A stretch of DNA of 64,000 bases from Chrysemys picta bellii. Its lineage: Eukaryota. Each line of letters opens with the position of its first letter. The first letter of the stretch is position 1. The DNA is taken from NCBI RefSeq assembly GCF_011386835.1, contig NC_088791.1, positions 123,256,001 to 123,320,000 of the forward strand, read 5' to 3'. The translations under genes and the position numbers were made by a program. The notes below the pieces were generated by a model. The model had not been told where the DNA came from. It saw nothing but the letters and a program-made list of their open reading frames with translations, and ran no database searches. Of the stretch, positions 58,303 through 64,000 are shown piece after piece.

Positions 58303-61300
58303 AAGTATGAAAAGTCATCTCAAGTGCACAGAAAGTTTTATCTATGCAGACAGTGGAACATTCTCTTCCCTTGTACAGCTACCCACAACATTTTTCAAGA
58401 CATTCCTACAGTTTTCTCTCTGCTGCACTGCAGAATGGAGAGGAACATACAGTAGGGGTTTGTGTTCTCTAGGGTTTATGTTAGAGTCCCTTTAATTTGA
58501 GGCCCGAGACATGAGTATGTGTGAATAGAAATGTTTGTGGTTTTCAGTTTCAGCACAAATGTACATTTAATACTTCCTCTTGTGTTGTGAACCCCAAATA
58601 CAATTACAAAACATGTTAAGTCCTGGGAATCAGACAGTGAAAATAACTCTACGTGTAGATCCATTGTAGTTTCATTTTCTGTATCCCATCCAAAGTAAAA
58701 AGTAAAGTCCACCTAAAGAGACAGCCACAGCTTTTAACTGGGAAAGCAGCTTATTTAAGAGCCTAAATATAGATTTAAGTTTCTACTTAGTTAGAACTTT
58801 TTTGAGCTAACTGCATAAATGGTGGACAGACTGTTATATTTTTTAAAATGTTTTAATATTCTGAAGTGTTATTGATAAGAAATATGTTCTAGTAGTAGTA
58901 GTAATCCCCACAAACATCCTTGGGATGTAGATAAATATCATCCCCATTCATCACATGGAGAGAGGTAGGCAGGAAGTTTGAGTGACTTGTCCAAGACAGC
59001 TTCACAGCTTGTGTTAAACTCAGGACTTCCTGACTCCCAGTCCTCTGTTCAGACCACAAAACAGTGCTTCTCTAGCCAAGGCATTAGAGCCAGGACTAGA
59101 GCTAACTAAAGAGTTCCTGAGTGCCAGTGCTGTGACTTTTTAAAAAAATCTTGACATCTTTGTAACAGCAGATTGCATGGGTGGGTACATTAACAGTGAC
59201 ACCCATATGCTGGGCACGGTACTTCAGCCCTTACATGAGTGTTCTTATGGGAACAGTCCCATTGACTTTACTGAAACTTCTGATGGGAAGTTGTATGCTG
59301 ATCTGTCTGTGTAGGTGTATGCTCGTCCCCCTTCATTGTTTGCTTATAAATCTTATTGGGGAGAGTAAGGTTCAGACTTGTGAACCATCTACTGCAGTAC
59401 CTGAATTCCTTTATCATAGGACATAGAGGGGAATCTAATTATAGGACTTAAATTTTGTTTTAAAACATACTGATTTATGACAAGTAGTTATTTTCAAAGG
59501 CTTTTATGGCACCATATGAGACAGGTTTGAGAGAGCAGCTTTATTTGACTGTTTTTCATGAGAGAAGTGATTAAAATAACAGAGGGATGGAAAAGTCGGG
59601 CCATAAAATGGATGATGGGCTTTAGGGGGAGTTTATTTTGGCTAACTTTGTACTTGTTTAATGCCTGGTCATAAGTGTCTTACCTACAAATTGACTAGTC
59701 AATAACTGCCACTGAAAAACGTAGAACTTATATTTCAAATATAAAAATAGAATCCAAGTTCTCGTTACCAAAAGCTTATCAAACACTTTAATGTTTGGAA
59801 GGGGAATTGAAACTACTTAAGCTGGAGACCTGCAAAATAGCAAGATGATTCTTTTAAATTACTGTAACCAAAAAAACAAACAAACCAACCTCTTGTTTTC
59901 AAGGCCCTACCCTATAGTGCCTTGTCTGAATGACCGAAGGATAAAATTAAGACCACACATGCATTTACTAAATTAACAGGGTGGTGTTTTGGTACTAGCA
60001 GAAAAGGTGGCACTCTGCTGAGTCTGTGACAGCTTTACACATAGCTGCCCATCTGTTCTCTGTAGCATGCAAAGTCCTCTGAATTCTAATACTACACCAG
60101 TTACATGATTCAACTGTTCTGAATGGTTTTAATTTAAAACATCACTAGTATTAGGTGAGTTCAGCCAGAGTGCCTCGTTCAGAGATAATGCTGACTCTGC
60201 CTCCTTAATTAATTGTGCTGTACTCTTTTCCTTCCTGCAAAAAAATCCCCATTCAGCAGCACGAATCAAGAAAACTGGAACAATTCTCCCCCGTTGCACC
60301 CATGAATGCTGCAGAACCCTCAGAGTCAAATCCCATACCTGGTGTAGGCAGGTTCAGTTGAAGTCAATGGGAATTAAGCGTGTTTATCCCCAGGGATGAT
60401 TTGGCCCTTTTGTTTCTTCTTCTTTGTATTACAGTAGCACCTATAAGCCAACTTTTGGACACTGTACAAACACACAGCCCATACCTCAAAGAGCGTACTA
60501 TCTAAATAGACAAGGCGGACAATGGGTGAGAGAGGAAACAGCTGCAAAGAGAGGTGAAGGTCACACACAGGATCAGTGACAGAGCAGGAAATAGAGCCCA
60601 AGCCTCTTGGCTCCCAGTCCTGTGACTTACCCACTGGACTGCTGCTTCCTCCAAATGTCTTTGCTTTTGTCTGTCATCAGGAAAAATGGTCAGTTTCCTG
60701 AAAAGCGGCAGTTTGTATCATGAGTTGAATTTTCCTAAAGTTTAGAGGTGATCAGAAACCTGGGGTTTGGTTCAGGCTTTTTAAAAGGATCAGAATCACC
60801 CACAAAGTCTGGAGGTGCATTTCCCCGAAGTTTGGAAGTGTTCAGATCAGGGTTATACAACTCAGGTCTGTCTCTTGTAAATGTGAGTATATCTTGGCTA
60901 AACAGTTCCTGATGGTCAGGCAGAAATATCACTCTTCCACAGGGATTTGAAAGGGGGTGAGCATTAGCACAGATCAGTTGTTTAGGATGGCCCAGACCAA
61001 GGGGAGTTTGTAATAATATGCAATAAGATTAAGAAAAAGAAAACGTAGGTTCACCGGAGGCAGGAGACTTCTGAAAATGAGTAAGTAAAATTGACAGGTA
61101 AAGATGTGTGTAGGGCCAAATTAAGATCATGTGATATATGACTCAAAACAGGATTCTAATAATTGTCATTAATGCCTTCCCTGGGGAGCCTTTGCTGCTT
61201 AGACTGCATCTCAGGAAAGACTTCCTGCTGCTGAGAGACATGCTGTTGGACTTCTATAGAAATTACTCCAACAACCTATAGTTCAATAGAGAATCCATTT

Positions 61301-62660
61301 CTGCTGGAGAATCCTGTAGGCTGGTATTAAACGTTCTGTGGAAAGGTGGTTATTCACCATTACATTTCAAAGGACTCTTTCATAAGGGATGCTGACCGGG
61401 AGATGTACTGGATTAGCTTTAACTTATGTGATTTTTCTCATTATGTATGTTCATAGATGCCTCTCGTGTCTTGGATTTTTTGAGTCTGGATCTTCTGAAT
61501 CTCAGATTACTACCCTAACCACTAGACTCTCTTGAGCAGATTTTAAAAAAATCCACCAACAACCACCAGGTATTTTCAGGGAACCTGTCCATTGTAGATA
61601 ACTGGGGTGAGTTAGGCGCTCCAAATGCAATGGTGATGGGTGGGATATAAAAATCAAGTAGAACAGAATTGGGTAACTGGGATACCATGGCAATTTCCTC
61701 TATTTCTATCCCTAGTTGTACAGAATATAAGTCGGGGCATGATATGGCTCAGTAAGTGGTAGGTGCACTGAGATGCCTGGGTTAGCAAGCCATAGGAGTT
61801 AGTCCCTCCGTGCAGGAAGAAGGAAGGGCTAGCTGGGAAAGCCCTGTTCTGCTGGACTCTAGTCTGCCTGCCTGCACAAAACCATCCTTTTGCTGAATTC
61901 CATTTTAAAATTGGGACAAAGGAAACTTTTTGAATTCTTAATGGAAATCTCCGTGGAAAGTTTTCATTTTGACGGGGCCCTGAAAAGCCAGTCAGTTGGA
62001 TTTCCAAAGCCTGTGGTATTTGTGTCGCACCCAACTGAGGTTCATTTAACCTGTCACAGCACCTTATTTGTTTAAAGAAACATCCGGGAAGGTTTGGAAA
62101 TATTTCCTGGCTAAGCTCATGTAGATAGGTTTCCAACATTCTCTTTTAATTATTTCAGTAGATGTGCTTCAGTCATCCAATGGGCCTATTTTTCTTGCTG
62201 TGTTCAGGGCTGAGGCCGGCATTTGCTATGGGGTAAAGGTAGAGGGAATTTTCGAGGTGTCACGCAAGTGGAGGAGGACATGTGTTTCTACCCACCATCC
62301 TTCTGGCTACAGTTACTTTCTTTTGGTCTACACCCTGTTGGCAACCACATACATAAAACCCATAGCTTCTAGCTGAAAGCATCTTCTAGGGGTCAGTATG
62401 GGCTGGTTATAATAATGGGAGAAGCTGTAGGGTCAGCATTTTTAACACTGTCATCTAAGTCTGCTCTTGATACTGGTAAAAACATCGGTATCCTGTCTAC
62501 ACTACCGTGTACACTCCCACTAGATCTAATTCATTACAGCATAAAAAAGCCCGAAGGTGATAATGCCACTCTAACGGTATGTAGGTGGAGCCTACGCCAA
62601 AGGAAGGGGTTTTTCTGTTGGTATAGGAATACCACTTTCCCAGATTAGTTATGTTGACAA

Positions 62661-62953
62661 CAAGGATGTAAATATCTGTTAAAGTTAATGGGTTAAACAA
62701 TAAAATTGTTTAACCGGTTAACCGTTAACCAAGGTCGCTCCAGCAGGCTGGTGTGGGGTGGCAGGAGCTGGGGTCCCACTGGGCCAGCCGGGGTTGGGGT
62801 CCCACCACGGCTGCAGTCCTCCTGGGGCTGCAGTCCTGGGGTCCCGCCTGCCCTCCAGGCCCGGTGTGGCTGGCCGCCGGGATAAACGGTTAAGGTCCAG
62901 TTAACGGTAAGCCTCATGCTTACCGGTTAACCAATTAACCTTCTACATCCCTA
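62661..62953. mobile_element. hAT MITE with GGTTAACC subterminal repeats
   Basis: TIRs CAAGGATGTA / TACATCCCTA. 8-bp TSD GTTGACAA / GTTGACAG. Confidence 0.82.
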
Positions 62954-64000
62954 GTTGACAGGAGCTCTGAGGGCTATGTCAGCATAGTTGTGTTGGTTTG
63001 GGGCGGGGGGGAGGAAGAGGGGGAGGTTTCACACACCTGACAGACATAGCTATGCTGCTGTAACTCTAAAGTGTGTAGACCAAGTCTAGGCAACTTTCTG
63101 GGGGAGCTTAAAACTGATTGATCCATTTCTCCCTTTTGTCCCCCTCCTACGTCTCACTGCCCCAGTGGAAGCAAAGAAAGTAACATTGATGATACATCCA
63201 CCTCGCCACCTTCAGGGTTCTTTCGGTTACTTAAAAAGTGTGTTATAAGTGAATTTAACCTTAACAGTGAAGATGTCACTGCACAGTTTCTTGTTCACCA
63301 TTCCTCTGTCAGTTGCATGGCTGGCTTTGCTTCAGATTGTTCATGCAACACAGAGATAAAAAAACAAATGATGTCGTCCTAAGGGTGGTGCAAGTAAACT
63401 TCCTGCTTGTTTTAGTGAATTGTTCCACAGAGATAATTCTGTGGGTTTAACTCTATTGCTGTGATTAATTTATTCTGAAATTAATTTTTAAAAATATTTT
63501 GGTAAGTGAGAGAAATGTGTGTTGTTGTTGTTGTTGTTTGTTTTTTTTTAATAGAAGGTTAAAAAAAAATCTTACTAGATTTCACTGTATCTTTAGAATG
63601 AGATCTGAATCCCTAATTTTTGCATAGCTTTATCCACATGGCAGAGAGTAAGGGCGTATACGTGGAAAAGTCTTATAATTGCTTGTCATGCTGGTTGGTC
63701 ATAACACAAGGTAGAAAGAGACCCTTCTATACTAAAGCTGAGGCTGAGGTGTGCATATGATAGAAGGGATGCCAGCGTTCTCCTAGGGTGACTTCAGACA
63801 GCATGATCAAAATTGATAACTGACAGTCAGATTGCTGTATAGCCTGTAAAAGTAACTATAGTTTAGCTGTTAGAAGGGAGGGTTAAGAGCAGAGTGGCTC
63901 AGCTCAGCTGATAATCCATCACTAGGCTGTAACGCATGGGGAAAGTAGAAACAACTTAAGGAGGAATCTTCTTATCTACTATGCCAAGGTCTATGAACTT

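Overview
This is vertebrate genomic DNA, most likely from a cryptodiran turtle, inferred from the repeat repertoire: tRNA-head/CR1-tail SINEs, CR1 LINEs, Penelope-type hairpins and hAT/Harbinger MITEs. The left end holds the last three coding exons and 3' UTR of the clock gene ARNTL2 (BMAL2) on the + strand. About 40 kb of repeat-rich intergenic DNA follows. At ~49.1-49.5 kb there is a CpG-rich promoter with a non-coding first exon, probably PPFIBP1 by synteny, and the rest of the window would be its first intron. The largest element is a young, internally deleted Gmr1-type Gypsy LTR retrotransposon (35134-39119, - strand; SAP-like, SCAN, zinc knuckle, protease, integrase Zn-finger; no RT), nested in an older LTR. 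The best second-look items are: a candidate alternative terminal exon that would remove the BMAL2 transactivation domain, a minimal hammerhead ribozyme motif in a Penelope-type hairpin, an RTE LINE with a twin-priming-like 5' inversion, an LF-SINE-like relic, and possible decayed exons where SMCO2 would be expected. I found no CRISPR array, rRNA, true tRNA gene or prokaryotic system, and nothing I can show to be a wholly new biological system. Repeat family names come from recalled consensus features, not database searches.
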